Shown piece after piece: positions 19,881-30,298 of a DNA stretch of 64,000 nucleotides. This DNA comes from Treponemataceae bacterium (GTDB taxonomy: Bacteria; Spirochaetota; Spirochaetia; Treponematales; Rectinemataceae). The first letter of the stretch is position 1. Each line of letters opens with the position of its first letter. The stretch covers positions 832,001-896,000 of the forward strand of contig CAXXVZ010000003.1 in the NCBI GenBank assembly GCA_963678065.2. The letters are read 5' to 3'. The notes under the pieces were generated by a model. It worked only from the letters and a program-made list of their open reading frames with translations. It did not search any database and was not told the DNA's origin. Made by a program: the position numbers and the translations under genes.

Positions 19881-20172
19881 TGAACCGTCGTCCCCTATGG
19901 GTACTGTATCAAGTCTTCACATCAAATTGAAGAACAATCCGGGGTTTCTCGGTACTACAAGGCGGGAAATGAGAGGAGACGCGCGTAACGGGACGATTTT
20001 TTTTATTAACGGGCATGTACACGGCAGTACGATTTTTATCCGTAAGCGTGATCATGGGCAATGCCTTATTCAGAGCAGTTTTTACCTGCCGGGAATTGTG
20101 AGGGGATGAAGGGAATACAGGCACAATGGGCGGATGTTCGGTGAAATTCGGACTCAGGAGTCACACCCTCGT

Positions 20173-21381
20173 TCAGGCAAACACCGCCCTGTTCGGTTCC
20201 GGTCCATGGATTTCCCGCAGGAACGCAAGCCGCGATGTGAGCCAATGCGGCCCCGATGACGACACCCCGATCGGATGGTGAATGCTCAGAGGCAGTCCGC
20301 ATCGCGGGCAGCGGGAAACGGCGCACGGTTCGACGCGGGGAGCCTCCATCGCGCTCCCGTGTGCCGGGAATTCGTCGGTTTCAGGCCGGTTCGGGAGTGA
20401 ATCGGACGAGGATGCGATGAGCGCACGCACGCGGACAAGGGAAGCGGTCCGGTCCCGGTTCCCCATGAAGCCGAAATAGCGGATCTTCCGCAGTCCTTTG
20501 GGCAGGATGTGCAGGGTGAACTTTCGGATGAACTCGTCACAGGACAGGCTCATCACTCTTCTCGCATGCCCCGCGGCGCGGTCGATCCACGAAAAACTCA
20601 CTCTCTCCTGAGTGGCACAGACGATGCGGGGTTCGCTGATGCCGACGCGATGCGTGTAGCGGCCCAAGTATTTGACCACCTGGCCGGGACCACCGAAGGG
20701 TGGCTTGGCATAGACGACGAAGTCCTTGCGAGCGGCAGCGCACACCGCATCGCGGAGCACCGATTCGTCGCCGCACAGGTCATGTCTGCCGATGGACTGC
20801 TCAAGACGGCTCAGGAGTTTGCCGCGAAACACCGCTGACAGGCGCTTGACCGAAACGAGGTAGGTGGGGTTCCCCGCTATCCAGCGCGAGAAGTCGGACG
20901 AAATACCTCCTGTGGGTACGATACAATGGATGTGCGGGTGGAAAGCGAGCTTCTGGTTCCAGGTGTGGAGGATGGACATGCCGCCCACGCGGGCACCGAG
21001 GTTGGCGGGATTGGCGCAGACATCCTTAAGGGTTTCGTGGACCGAGAGGAAGAGCGCCCGGTAGAATGCGTGGCGGTTGGAAAGGGCAAGGTAGTGCAGT
21101 TCGTGGGGGACCGTGAAGACCACATGGAAGTACCCGCAGGGTAAGAGTTCGCCAAGGCGCGCGCGCACCCAGCGCGCACACGCGGCACCTTGGCAGAGCG
21201 GGCAATGCCGGTCACGACAGGAATTGTAGTGAACCTCGCGGTGCCCGCACTCGCACGAAAGAACATTCCCTCCGAGTCGCTCCGTCTTGCAGTCGGCTAT
21301 GTGAGAGAGGACGCTCCGTTCCTGACCGGTGAGCCAGGAGAGCGCCATCCCCCGCCGCGCTATGTCGCCTAGTGCGCTCAT
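20173..21381 (-). CDS. IS91-family (Y2, HUH) transposase
   Basis: Zn domain SCRDRHCPLC, HVVFTVP, HPHIH, YLGRY, KIRYFG; ATG overlaps the recombinase stop. Confidence 0.93.
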   Translation of the reverse strand: MSALGDIARRGMALSWLTGQERSVLSHIADCKTERLGGNVLSCECGHREVHYNSCRDRHCPLCQGAACARWVRARLGELLPCGYFHVVFTVPHELHYLALSNRHAFYRALFLSVHETLKDVCANPANLGARVGGMSILHTWNQKLAFHPHIHCIVPTGGISSDFSRWIAGNPTYLVSVKRLSAVFRGKLLSRLEQSIGRHDLCGDESVLRDAVCAAARKDFVVYAKPPFGGPGQVVKYLGRYTHRVGISEPRIVCATQERVSFSWIDRAAGHARRVMSLSCDEFIRKFTLHILPKGLRKIRYFGFMGNRDRTASLVRVRALIASSSDSLPNRPETDEFPAHGSAMEAPRVEPCAVSRCPRCGLPLSIHHPIGVSSSGPHWLTSRLAFLREIHGPEPNRAVFA

Positions 21382-22265
21382 CGGGGCTTTCCCGCGGAGT
21401 GCACACCTGGTGCCGGGAGATGGTCGAGGGGGTTGCGGACACTCTGGAGATGATGCGTCGCCACGTGCAGGTACACTTCCGTCGTCTGGATGGAGCTGTG
21501 ACCGAGCATGGACTGGATGGTGCGCAGGTCGGTGTGGTCTTCGAGTAGGTGGGTTGCGAAGCAATGCCGGAGCGTGTGCGGCGAGATATGCTTCTCGATT
21601 CCGGCTTTTCGTGCGATAGCGGGGACCATCCTCTGGATACCACTCGGATCCAGCGGGCCATCGTTCTTGGCACCCGGGAAGAGCCAGGTTTTCGGCTTGA
21701 CGAGGCACGAGCGATAATAGGCTCGCAATATCCCGAGGAGGTGGGAACTGAGCTGGACATGCCGATCCTTGCCACCTTTGCCTTGCCGGACGTGCACGAG
21801 CATCATCGTACTGTCGATGTCGGGTATCTGGAGCTTGACCAATTCGCCAAGGCGCAGGCCGGTGGAGTACAGCGTGGCGATGATCGCATAGTACTTGGGA
21901 TTCAGCCGCGCGGTTTCCAGAAGAGCTGCTACCTCTTCTTTGGACAGTATGGACGGAAATCGCCTTCGTCTGCGCTGGAACGGAATGTGTTTGACCGTGA
22001 AATCGCAGGTGCGCACGTTCTTGAAATAGAACCTGAGGGCGCAGACCATCTGGTTGAAGAGAGACCAAGATACTTTTTCTTCATTGACGAGATGATACTG
22101 CCACTCCTGGATGTCGGCCGATGTGACACAGGCGATCGGCTTGTCAAGCTGTTCAAGGTACCGCTTGAGGACGGAGACATAGGTGCTGATGGTCTTGGTG
22201 GCGTAGTTGCGGATGACCAGCGCTTTGCGCATGGCTTCGAGTTCGAGTGCGAGTTCGTAGTGCAT
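21378..22265 (-). CDS. tyrosine recombinase (IntI-related, no obvious I2 insertion)
   Basis: SAM-like N-terminus, TGLR, GKGGKDR, HTLRH, LGH..IQTTEVY, NPLD end; GGAGG RBS. Confidence 0.93.
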   Translation of the reverse strand: MHYELALELEAMRKALVIRNYATKTISTYVSVLKRYLEQLDKPIACVTSADIQEWQYHLVNEEKVSWSLFNQMVCALRFYFKNVRTCDFTVKHIPFQRRRRRFPSILSKEEVAALLETARLNPKYYAIIATLYSTGLRLGELVKLQIPDIDSTMMLVHVRQGKGGKDRHVQLSSHLLGILRAYYRSCLVKPKTWLFPGAKNDGPLDPSGIQRMVPAIARKAGIEKHISPHTLRHCFATHLLEDHTDLRTIQSMLGHSSIQTTEVYLHVATHHLQSVRNPLDHLPAPGVHSAGKPR

Positions 22266-22376
22266 TGGATACCTCCGGCGTGATGATGCCAGAAGTATCC
22301 GTGGTCTATGAATGTGCCCGAACCTCGCAAAAGGTAGGAATGAAAGCGAATCCTCCACCGCTGGTACAGCGGTTTA

Positions 22377-22487
22377 GTGCAACATTGATTTAACCTGCAA
22401 AGGCGAATTGGCGCGCGTTGTGCTAAGGAGCGAAGCGATTGCACAACGCGTGACAAACGCTTTTGTCAGGTTGAAATCTTTGTTAGG
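22377..22487 (-). other. attC site
   Basis: GCCTAAC-AAGATTTCAACCTGAC ... GCAGGTTAAATCAAT-GTTGCAC. R'' is the exact complement of GTTAGGC at 32316-32322. Confidence 0.92.
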
Positions 22488-22530
22488 CGACTTTGATTGA
22501 TATAAAACACTTGATTTATAATATTCATAA

Positions 22531-24282
22531 CCTGAAATCCCGGGAATGATTTAACCTACAAGACTTTTTACGCACAGAACAGGAATAATTCCTACTATTA
22601 TCACGACATACATAGTGACAGGTCCTTCAGGTGTAGGCATAATGTGTTTAACCTACACAAAGAGGGACTGCCATGTCATGCATAGTCCACCAGAAAGTCG
22701 GTCAGCACACCTACCTGTATGAGTCAGTCTCCTACCGTGATGAACGGGGTAAGCCACGGGCGCATCGGGTTCCCATCGGAAAACTAGACCCGGACACGGG
22801 GCAGGAAATCTACAAGCAGGAATACGTGTCGCGTATGGTAGCAGCGGGAACTCCGATCGCTGTCTATTCGCCACCACCGACTTTCACAGAACAGGATGTG
22901 CAGAAATCCTCAGTCCTGCATACCGGCATGGCCCTTTTGTTGAAGCAGTGTGCACAACAAACCGGACTTTCCGAAGTTTTGCGCGATGCATTCCCCCAGA
23001 CACACGAACTTTTATTTGCACGTGCCTGCCACATCGTCTGCCGCGGGGAACCGTCCGCATATTGCGAGCAGTGGCTGGAAGACACCGACCTCGCAGTTCC
23101 CGCCCGGCTCAGCTCGCAACGGATTTCGGATCTTGTGTCTTCACTGCCAGCATCCCAGGTTCTGCGGTTTTATCAGGCATGGGTCGCCACGCGCAGTGAA
23201 CAGGAATATCTGGCGCTGGATATCACCAGCATCTCGTCGTATTCACAGCTCATCGACGATGTGGACTGGGGATACAATCGCGATCAGGAAAAACTGCCAC
23301 AAGTGAATATCTGTCTGCTCACCGGGGAAGAGTCACACCTTCCCGTGCGCATGGTTGTCTATGACGGAAGCATCAAGGACGTGAACACCCTGAGAACGAC
23401 GATGGCCGGTCTCACCGACGGTATCGGATCAAAGGTTCGCATCGTCACCGACAAGGGCTTCACCAGCAAACGGAATATCGAAGCCATGCTCGCGTTCGGG
23501 AATGTGGAGTTCATCATGGCCCTCCCGTTCACGCTCACCTTTGCGGAAAACCAGGTGCGCAGCGAGAAAAAGGATATCGCGGATATCCGGAATACCATGA
23601 TGAGCGGCAGCGATGTCTTCTATGGCGTGACCAAGCGGCGTACATGGGGCACAACGGAGCTGTATACCCACATCTGCTATAACGAGGTGAAAGCGACTCG
23701 TGAACGGAACCATCTGTATGGCTATGTCGCGAACCTGCGATCGCAGGCGCTGTGCGACCCGTGGAACGAGAAACTGAAAGCCGAGTTTGCAGAATATCTC
23801 ATCATCAGAAAATCGGAGAAGCGAGAGGATGGAGTCACGGTTACCATCCGCCAGGATGTGGTGGACGAGCATCTGGCTCATGCCGGGTGGATGGTGTGCG
23901 TGAGCAATTCCGTGGATACCGTGCAGGAAGCGATCAGGATCTACCGGGCAAAGGATGTGGTGGAAAAAAGCTTTCTGCGCACCAAGAACAGCCTGGGTAT
24001 CAACCGGCTACGGGTACACTCCCAGCAAGCGATGGATGGAATGATGCTGGTAGCCTTCATCGCATTGATTCTCAACAGTCATATCCATCGGATCATGCTG
24101 GAGAAAAACCTATACCGGAACATGAGCATGACGGATCTGGTGAAAACGATGGAGAAACTCAAGGTCATGGTCATCGGTGATACGCGAATCGATTTCCCTG
24201 CTACCAAGAAGCAAAAAGAGATTGCAGAGGCTTTCGGTCTCACGAGCCTTTCTGTAGGTTAAATAATAGGCGGGATTTTAGG
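22531..24282 (+). mobile_element. IS1634-family element
   Basis: Terminal IRs CCTGAAATCCCG / CGGGATTTTAGG, 6-bp TSD TCATAA, subterminal TTTAACCTACA repeats. Confidence 0.92.
22673..24262 (+). CDS. IS1634-family DDE transposase
   Basis: LDITSISSYS, GYNRD, TDKGF, YRAKDVVEKSF. Confidence 0.92.
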   Translation: MSCIVHQKVGQHTYLYESVSYRDERGKPRAHRVPIGKLDPDTGQEIYKQEYVSRMVAAGTPIAVYSPPPTFTEQDVQKSSVLHTGMALLLKQCAQQTGLSEVLRDAFPQTHELLFARACHIVCRGEPSAYCEQWLEDTDLAVPARLSSQRISDLVSSLPASQVLRFYQAWVATRSEQEYLALDITSISSYSQLIDDVDWGYNRDQEKLPQVNICLLTGEESHLPVRMVVYDGSIKDVNTLRTTMAGLTDGIGSKVRIVTDKGFTSKRNIEAMLAFGNVEFIMALPFTLTFAENQVRSEKKDIADIRNTMMSGSDVFYGVTKRRTWGTTELYTHICYNEVKATRERNHLYGYVANLRSQALCDPWNEKLKAEFAEYLIIRKSEKREDGVTVTIRQDVVDEHLAHAGWMVCVSNSVDTVQEAIRIYRAKDVVEKSFLRTKNSLGINRLRVHSQQAMDGMMLVAFIALILNSHIHRIMLEKNLYRNMSMTDLVKTMEKLKVMVIGDTRIDFPATKKQKEIAEAFGLTSLSVG

Positions 24283-24632
24283 TCATAACTATTATTCTCC
24301 CCTACTTTCTTACAAGATTCCTGATATGAAGTGACCCGTCAAGTGAGAATCGTTTTCGCCTTTTCTTTTTCACCTCTCTCTTTCCGGCAGGGTCGCCCGA
24401 GCAAAGGCCGAAGAAGCTGTAGCCGACGGTTGATCACTCTGATATTCGTGGGTTCGCCCCGAAGGGTTGCCAACATGGTCGTGAATTCGTCGGGAGCTGC
24501 CTCGGACTAGGTGCGCGAGTCCGGCCGATGAAGGCTTGTCGCATAGGAACCGCGAGGATTCTCCTTTCCGCGTGCCCTTCAGCCTTTGCCCGCACGACCC
24601 TGCCATCATGTACGTCCCTCTCCTTTCCGCGT

Positions 24633-25072
24633 TTAAGCAGCCGTTTTCCGCTCGACCGCGACGCCAATCGCCCAAATGAAACCAAGCATTTCCCGCGCCA
24701 CCGCCGTGACAACCTGCTGCTTGTTCTTGCCCCTCGCCAAGAGTCTCGCGTAGCGACTATGAAGTCGGTGCCGTGCCTTCGTCGCGATCTCCTGTATTTC
24801 CGGTGCCAGGTGCTCTTGTCGAGCTTTCATGACCCTGCTCAGTAGCGGTCTGTACCGTTGTGACCACGCAGCCTCGACGATGATCCTCCTGAGGTGCGCG
24901 TTCCCGGTCTTTGTGATTCTCCCTCGCTGGGTCCGTTCGCCGCTGGAGTTTTCGCTCGCGACCGCTCCCGAATGCCCCATGAGCTGCCGCAGGATCGAAA
25001 ACCGGGTCAGCTGTCCTACCTCCGCTACAATCGTTACCGCCGATACCTTGGCGATGCCACGAAGCGCCTGCA
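24633..25072 (-). pseudogene. IS110 transposase C-terminal part
   Basis: SENSSG, ITKTGNAHLRR, AVARE; joins the N-terminal part in frame (EALQA-LRGIAK). Confidence 0.9.
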
Positions 25073-25133
25073 TGGAAATGGCAAGTAGTTTTCCCCACCA
25101 TATGGCAACTAGGAATCCCCACCCGGTAGAGGG

Positions 25134-25874
25134 TTATTCCTCCTTCTTTGCAGAGATGCGATATGACTCCCCTGACAGGGAGAAAATCTTTGCGTGATGC
25201 ATGAGACGATCCAACAGGGCTGCGGTCATAACCTCGTCGCCCATGAGTTCTGACCAAGAGTTCAGGTCCTTGTTGCTCGTCACGACGATAGAGGCACGTT
25301 CATAGAGATCCGAGACGAAGGTGAAAAAGAGATTGGCTTCCTTGCGCTCGATAGGAGTGTAGCCAATCTCATCAATGATCATGAGGTTGGCCTTCGCGAG
25401 CCGGCTTAGCCTGAACTGAGCGCTGCGTGCGGCGTCAGAGCGCACGAGGAGCTTCACCAGTGAGGTCATGCGCTCGTAACAAACCGAATAGCCTTTGCGT
25501 ACGGCCACATGGCCAAGAGCGATTGCGAGATGGGTCTTTCCGAGTCCAGGAGGCCCGAAGAGCAGAAGGTTCTCGTGACGGTCTATCCAAGAGCACTCGG
25601 TGAGCTCAGAGAGGTCTCGTTTTCCAATTCCTGCTACTCGGCCGAGTTTGAAATCCTCGAGGCGCTTTACGACGGGAAAATGGGCCATGGCGAGGCCTCG
25701 TTTGAGGCGCCTGTCGCCGCGATCCTGTAGTTCGACGTCCACGAGGGTCTCGAGGAAGGCAAGGCATGTCAGTCCCCCGCTTTCAGCTTGTTTAAGAAGC
25801 TCAGGAAGCCGTGACGACGCGCCACGAAGCCGCAGGGACTCCAGTTTACGAGCGGATTCTGCGAGGGCGCTCAT
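25134..25874 (-). CDS. istB: IS21 helper ATPase
   Basis: GPPGLGKTHLA, IIDEIGY, ALLDRLMHH, GESYR. Confidence 0.95.
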   Translation of the reverse strand: MSALAESARKLESLRLRGASSRLPELLKQAESGGLTCLAFLETLVDVELQDRGDRRLKRGLAMAHFPVVKRLEDFKLGRVAGIGKRDLSELTECSWIDRHENLLLFGPPGLGKTHLAIALGHVAVRKGYSVCYERMTSLVKLLVRSDAARSAQFRLSRLAKANLMIIDEIGYTPIERKEANLFFTFVSDLYERASIVVTSNKDLNSWSELMGDEVMTAALLDRLMHHAKIFSLSGESYRISAKKEE

Positions 25875-27418
25875 TCTTCGTGCCTCTGCGTATCGACGAG
25901 CGCGTCGAGGAATCGCTGATACTCGCTGACCGAGCGTGTGGCAACTAGTGGAAGGTCTCTGGTTTGATGAAGGCCGCGGTACGGCGAAGGCGCCACTGCG
26001 GGCACTGGCGTCGTGCTGTTGACCGCGTCGATGAGATCCTGGGCGCTTGCAAGTCCTCTATCCAGGCAGAACTTCAATGCAAGCACGAGTTTCTCTCTGT
26101 CGATGTTGCGCTTGAGAAGCTTCCGAAGTCGGCCAGCGTGCTCCCGGAAGTAGCGTCGATACTCGGTATAGATACCATCGACGAAGCTCCCCCACTCGGG
26201 AAGATCATCTACTGCGGCGACAAGATCCGCGCGGAGCGTTTCCTGGGATCCTTCGCGATCGCGATAGTGAGCCTTGTCCAGCACCGTTCCGCCGGGTGTT
26301 GCCGCTTCGCGATGCGCCGCGATCTGGATACCCGTCTTCGTATCGAATACCAGGATGAGTCCGTCCTTGCGCTCGATAGTGACCTCGTTGAGCCGGTACG
26401 AGCTCGGCACCGAGTACCTGGTCGCGGCGATCGATATAAGGCTTTTCTGATCCACGTTACGGCTCTCTCGGCAGCCCGATGCGGTGTCCGCGCGGAAAAT
26501 AGACGCTCGGAGCGCCCGCAAGACGGGTTTCTCGTGCGCTTCGAAGTCCGCGAGCGGCATGAGACGCGTGGCTTGGCTCAGTTTTGCGTTCACTCGTAAG
26601 AGCCATTTGCGCATGCCTGCCTGGAGTTCGTCGAAGGTCGCGAAGCAGCGGCTCGAGAAATAGCTCGTTTTGACGTATTTGACCGCATTCTCGACCTTTC
26701 CTTTCGATTCCGGATCGGCCGCACGGCAGACACGGAGCCGCAGTCCCTGTTCTGCGACGAACTCAGCAAAGGCTTTTGTCGTCGTGAGGTCGCCAAGGTT
26801 TTCCGTCACAATCATTGTCCGGTCCTGATCCATGACGAGTTCTTCGGTGATACCGCCAAAAAACTCGAAGGCGTCCAGGAGATGGCCGATCACATCCTCG
26901 CTGGTAAAGGGCCTGGATTGGGCCGCTACGTAGCGGTAACGGCTTCGTGAGAGTACTACGACAACAAACCAAGCCTTTCCGATGTTCGTCGTCTCTACGC
27001 CGAAATCAATCTGAGCCTGCTTGCCGTAGGCCAGAGGCTCCACAGGACGATATTCCCGACACAGGCCCACCTTAATCGCACCGGATGCCTTGAGATACGT
27101 CAGGTAGTTCCGCAACGTACGGTCCGAGCCTGGAAGCTCTCCGTATTTCTCGCTTAAGTAGTCGTGGACGGACGATGAGTAGACCATCCTGCCTTCGTGG
27201 TTCTTTTTAAAAATCTCGAGGATTTCGTCCTTGTAGACCGAAAAAGCCTTACCGCGTTCTGCCATTCGCTCGAGATACCGTAAGAATTGGTCATTGTCCA
27301 TGCGCAGGTACTTTCTCACGGTCTTGCGGTCCTTGCCAAGTTTTACCGCTAGTGCGCTGACTGTGAGTCCTTGCCTGTGCCCTGTTCGTACGATGTTGTA
27401 GTCCTTCATGGTAATCAT
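25871..27418 (-). CDS. istA: IS21 transposase
   Basis: HTH DRKTVRKYL, AQIDFG, ESKGKVE. Confidence 0.95.
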   Translation of the reverse strand: MITMKDYNIVRTGHRQGLTVSALAVKLGKDRKTVRKYLRMDNDQFLRYLERMAERGKAFSVYKDEILEIFKKNHEGRMVYSSSVHDYLSEKYGELPGSDRTLRNYLTYLKASGAIKVGLCREYRPVEPLAYGKQAQIDFGVETTNIGKAWFVVVVLSRSRYRYVAAQSRPFTSEDVIGHLLDAFEFFGGITEELVMDQDRTMIVTENLGDLTTTKAFAEFVAEQGLRLRVCRAADPESKGKVENAVKYVKTSYFSSRCFATFDELQAGMRKWLLRVNAKLSQATRLMPLADFEAHEKPVLRALRASIFRADTASGCRESRNVDQKSLISIAATRYSVPSSYRLNEVTIERKDGLILVFDTKTGIQIAAHREAATPGGTVLDKAHYRDREGSQETLRADLVAAVDDLPEWGSFVDGIYTEYRRYFREHAGRLRKLLKRNIDREKLVLALKFCLDRGLASAQDLIDAVNSTTPVPAVAPSPYRGLHQTRDLPLVATRSVSEYQRFLDALVDTQRHEE

Positions 27419-27514
27419 TTCTTGTGCCGCATGCTCGCAAGCATAGCGGCCAAGGCCCCTGTGGGTGGGGAATTCTATTTGCCAACTGCTGGGGAATTCA
27501 GTTTACCATTTCCA

Positions 27515-28212
27515 GCCTGCAATGCCTCGATGACTTCCTTCATGACTGCTGGCGCCGTTGCCACCGCCTCGTCGATCTGCCCTTCGAGCCGCTTGATCCG
27601 AAGCGAACAATGCTCGACCTCGTTCACGTAATCTTCGAGCGTGCATTGTTGGGCCTGTTGGTCGAATTTCACCTGTGCCTTGACCCACGCCATATACTGC
27701 TGCGTCCACGCTCGTAGTTTCTCGGGTGGCCTCGTCCCATGCCTCAGGAGAAACTTGCCCAGCCGGTGTCGTGCCCGGAGTTCGTCGCGCTTCGCCGCCT
27801 CCCGCGCTCGAACGAGATCCCGCAATGCTTCGTGCGCGGCGTCCGGAACCCACACGGCCGTCAGCTCGCCGGCTCGATAACTCCTCGCAAGCCGCTCCGC
27901 ATCCCGACGATCCGTCTTGACCCGATCACCGGCTTTCATCGGCACCAAGGTCGGGGCGATTACCGCGCACTCGTTTCCGAGCTTCTCAAGTTGCCAGTAG
28001 AGTACGTATCCTGTCGGTCCCGCTTCATAACATGCCTTCCAGGTCCCTCCGGCGTTCAGTTTCTTCACGAGCCGTTGCACTGACTCAGGACGATTCGGCA
28101 CGGTCCCCAGAAACCTGACTTCACCCTCCGGCTCTGCCACCGCCACCGCGATCGTGTCCGCATGGACATCGAACCCTACACATCGCACCGCCTTTCCGCT
28201 ATACTTCTTCAT
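27515..28212 (-). pseudogene. IS110 transposase N-terminal part
   Basis: VGFDVH, YEAGPTG, VKTDRRDA (DEDD RuvC-like). Confidence 0.9.
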
Positions 28213-28289
28213 GACCGCCCCCTTCGTATGTAGCTCTACGCTACCTTCTCCCGATCGTAGCGCAACCTACGCGTCTACGCTCGGGGCGG

Positions 28290-29732
28290 TCACTTCATTA
28301 TGACTAAACTATTCCTATACATTTGAAGTTTTCTTTTTAACAATCGATTCTGAATTGTTGTATATATATAAGATATAGTACAAGCAGTTCCAGAAAAAAT
28401 GTCTGCCACTGCAGCGACAGTTCTTAGTGAAAAACCGAGAAATATCATATTTGATTTCAATAAAGGTCCCCAAAAAGTTAAATAAACTGAAGTAAAAAAT
28501 ATCACAATATATACGCATGTGACAATGATCCCCGGCAATTTTTCGTTTCGACTACTAGCTATAGCACCTTCAGTAGCCTCCCAATTAAAACTATCTGCAC
28601 CACGCAACTGTAATAATACTTCCAATTTGGCCATATGAAAACCAAGATCATTCATTCCACTAATTAAAGAAAATAGTACCATGCCTGATAAGGCAGTTAG
28701 AATTGGAAGAAAGGCAATCATCTCAGTTTTATTGCTTATAACAGAATATACGAATAAGCCCGCCATCGCACTAAGTGATCCAACACTTACAGAAGAAAAA
28801 AAACTTTCTATCGCTAATATTTCTGAAAATCTGAGCTTATATGATTCTAAAAGCAGTTGAAAGTTTTCTTGGGCGCTTATTTTCAGGGTTTTTTGAGAAT
28901 CAATCAATTCTATCTGGTTTTTAAGAGTATCACTTCGTTCTTTGATAGTAGTGTCTTGTTTAGTTACGAGTTCAACAACTGGTACACCACCATAAGTTCG
29001 TCCTGATTGGAGCGTGGTGTTTTTAGGGACCAGACTATTAGCTCCTACTACAACATCATCTTCAAGAATTACACCAGGGAGAATGGTTGCATATTGTCCA
29101 ATTGTCACGCGATCCCCTATGTGAATCTGTTTCCGTATAATATTACCTCTCTCTCCAGAATGTCCATTCAACACACAATCACCACCAATTATACAATTCT
29201 CCCCGATATTAAGGATGCCCCAATCGTTTACACGCATGGAAGCAATTATTGTTCCCTTACCAATTTTTGCCCCCATGCCTCGATAGAATAAGCTTAATAG
29301 TGGCGTGCCTCGAATCAGGGGGAGAAATAAATGTTCTGCTAATATGAGGGATGCTTCTGATAAAAAAAAGGAGATATTTCTCCAATCATCTACCTTTCGC
29401 ACTCCTTCCCATTTTGAACCAGGCAAGATTTTATTAATAATTATTAGTAACAGTAATAAAACAAACCCAAATGTGACATATCCACTAATTATTGCTAGTG
29501 CAATTAATAACAAAGCGACTATCTTGGATGGTATGGTTATATTCAGTTCTGAAATATTAGTACCGATATATAATGCAGCTGATATAGCTATTGCGCAAAT
29601 GCAAATACCTAGGACATAAATCAGTGCATAGACTAACAAACGAGCTAGCTTGTAAAGTATTCGGATGACAAAATGATAAACGCTTGTAAATTTTTTAGTC
29701 ATGTAATCAATTATCTTCTTTAAATTCCACAT
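28290..29732 (-). CDS. membrane protein with hexapeptide-repeat acyltransferase domain
   Basis: GAKIGKGT/IGENCIIG/IGDRVTIG repeats, VGANSLV, YGGVP; TMs on both sides. Last codons come from the IS110 end. Confidence 0.8.
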   Translation of the reverse strand: MWNLKKIIDYMTKKFTSVYHFVIRILYKLARLLVYALIYVLGICICAIAISAALYIGTNISELNITIPSKIVALLLIALAIISGYVTFGFVLLLLLIIINKILPGSKWEGVRKVDDWRNISFFLSEASLILAEHLFLPLIRGTPLLSLFYRGMGAKIGKGTIIASMRVNDWGILNIGENCIIGGDCVLNGHSGERGNIIRKQIHIGDRVTIGQYATILPGVILEDDVVVGANSLVPKNTTLQSGRTYGGVPVVELVTKQDTTIKERSDTLKNQIELIDSQKTLKISAQENFQLLLESYKLRFSEILAIESFFSSVSVGSLSAMAGLFVYSVISNKTEMIAFLPILTALSGMVLFSLISGMNDLGFHMAKLEVLLQLRGADSFNWEATEGAIASSRNEKLPGIIVTCVYIVIFFTSVYLTFWGPLLKSNMIFLGFSLRTVAAVADIFSGTACTISYIYTTIQNRLLKRKLQMYRNSLVIMK

Positions 29733-29751
29733 CTTGCATTTCTCCGTTTAA

Positions 29752-30298
29752 TCTCTACGGGTATAATTCCCCGCAGCTTGCTGCGTCGTAGTAAAATAGA
29801 GTATGAGTGAGTTTATCCATAAGAGCCATAATGTGTCAGTGTTGATGTATCACATAGTATGTCCTGCAAAGTATAGAAGAGTAGTAATAACGAATGATGT
29901 TGAAGATGAAATAAAGAAAATTTGTTTAGAAATTGAAAACAGATATGAAATACATTTTTTGGAGATAGGAACAGAAAAAGATCATGTACATTTTCTAGTA
30001 CAATCAGTACCAACAAGTAGTCCAAAACAAATAGTGCAAACAATAAAAAGTATAACCGCGAGAGAGCTATTTGCACGAAGGCCAGAAGTAAAAAGAATAT
30101 TATGGGGTGGAGAATTGTGGACGAAAGGGTACTATGTAGGCACAGTAGGGAAGTATGGCAATGAAGAAACAATAACGGAATATGTGAAGAATCAAGGAAG
30201 GAATCCCGTAGAGTATGAATCAATATATCAGAGCAAACAGCTAGCGTTGTTTGAATAGAGCTTCTTCATACCCCGCAGCTTGCTGCGGGGTAGTTGAT
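29752..30298 (+). mobile_element. IS200-type element, copy 2
   Basis: Same sequence as copy 1; inserted 3' of TTTAA. Confidence 0.92.
29803..30258 (+). CDS. tnpA: IS200 Y1 transposase
   Basis: Protein identical to 19011-19466. Confidence 0.95.
   Translation: MSEFIHKSHNVSVLMYHIVCPAKYRRVVITNDVEDEIKKICLEIENRYEIHFLEIGTEKDHVHFLVQSVPTSSPKQIVQTIKSITARELFARRPEVKRILWGGELWTKGYYVGTVGKYGNEETITEYVKNQGRNPVEYESIYQSKQLALFE

Larger units (their letters stand above)
19777..22382 (-). mobile_element. tyrosine recombinase + IS91-type transposase unit delimited like an integron cassette (copy 1, 2606 bp)
   Basis: Direct repeat of 32322-34927 (offset 12545); both ends at G^TT core sites; inverted repeat TGTTGCACTRAACCG. 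Confidence 0.9.
25073..27514 (-). mobile_element. IS21-family element
   Basis: IRs TGGAAATGG..TTCCCCA with internal repeats; 7-bp TSD GCCTGCA. Confidence 0.93.
24323..28305 (-). mobile_element. IS110-family (IS1111-type) element, disrupted by IS21
   Basis: Subterminal IRs ATGAAGTGACC (28288-28298 and 24326-24336), 7 and 3 bp from the ends; AG core dinucleotide; ~300-bp downstream non-coding region. Confidence 0.88.

Noticed and set aside
20173..22068. 631-aa ORF as a fusion protein
   Set aside because: The N-terminal 228 aa are an alternate frame of the recombinase; the real start is ATG 21381 with ATGA coupling.
21378..22265. Calling the recombinase a bona fide IntI
   Set aside because: No insertion visible between WLFPG and HTLRH, coupled to an IS91 transposase, and located inside the array.
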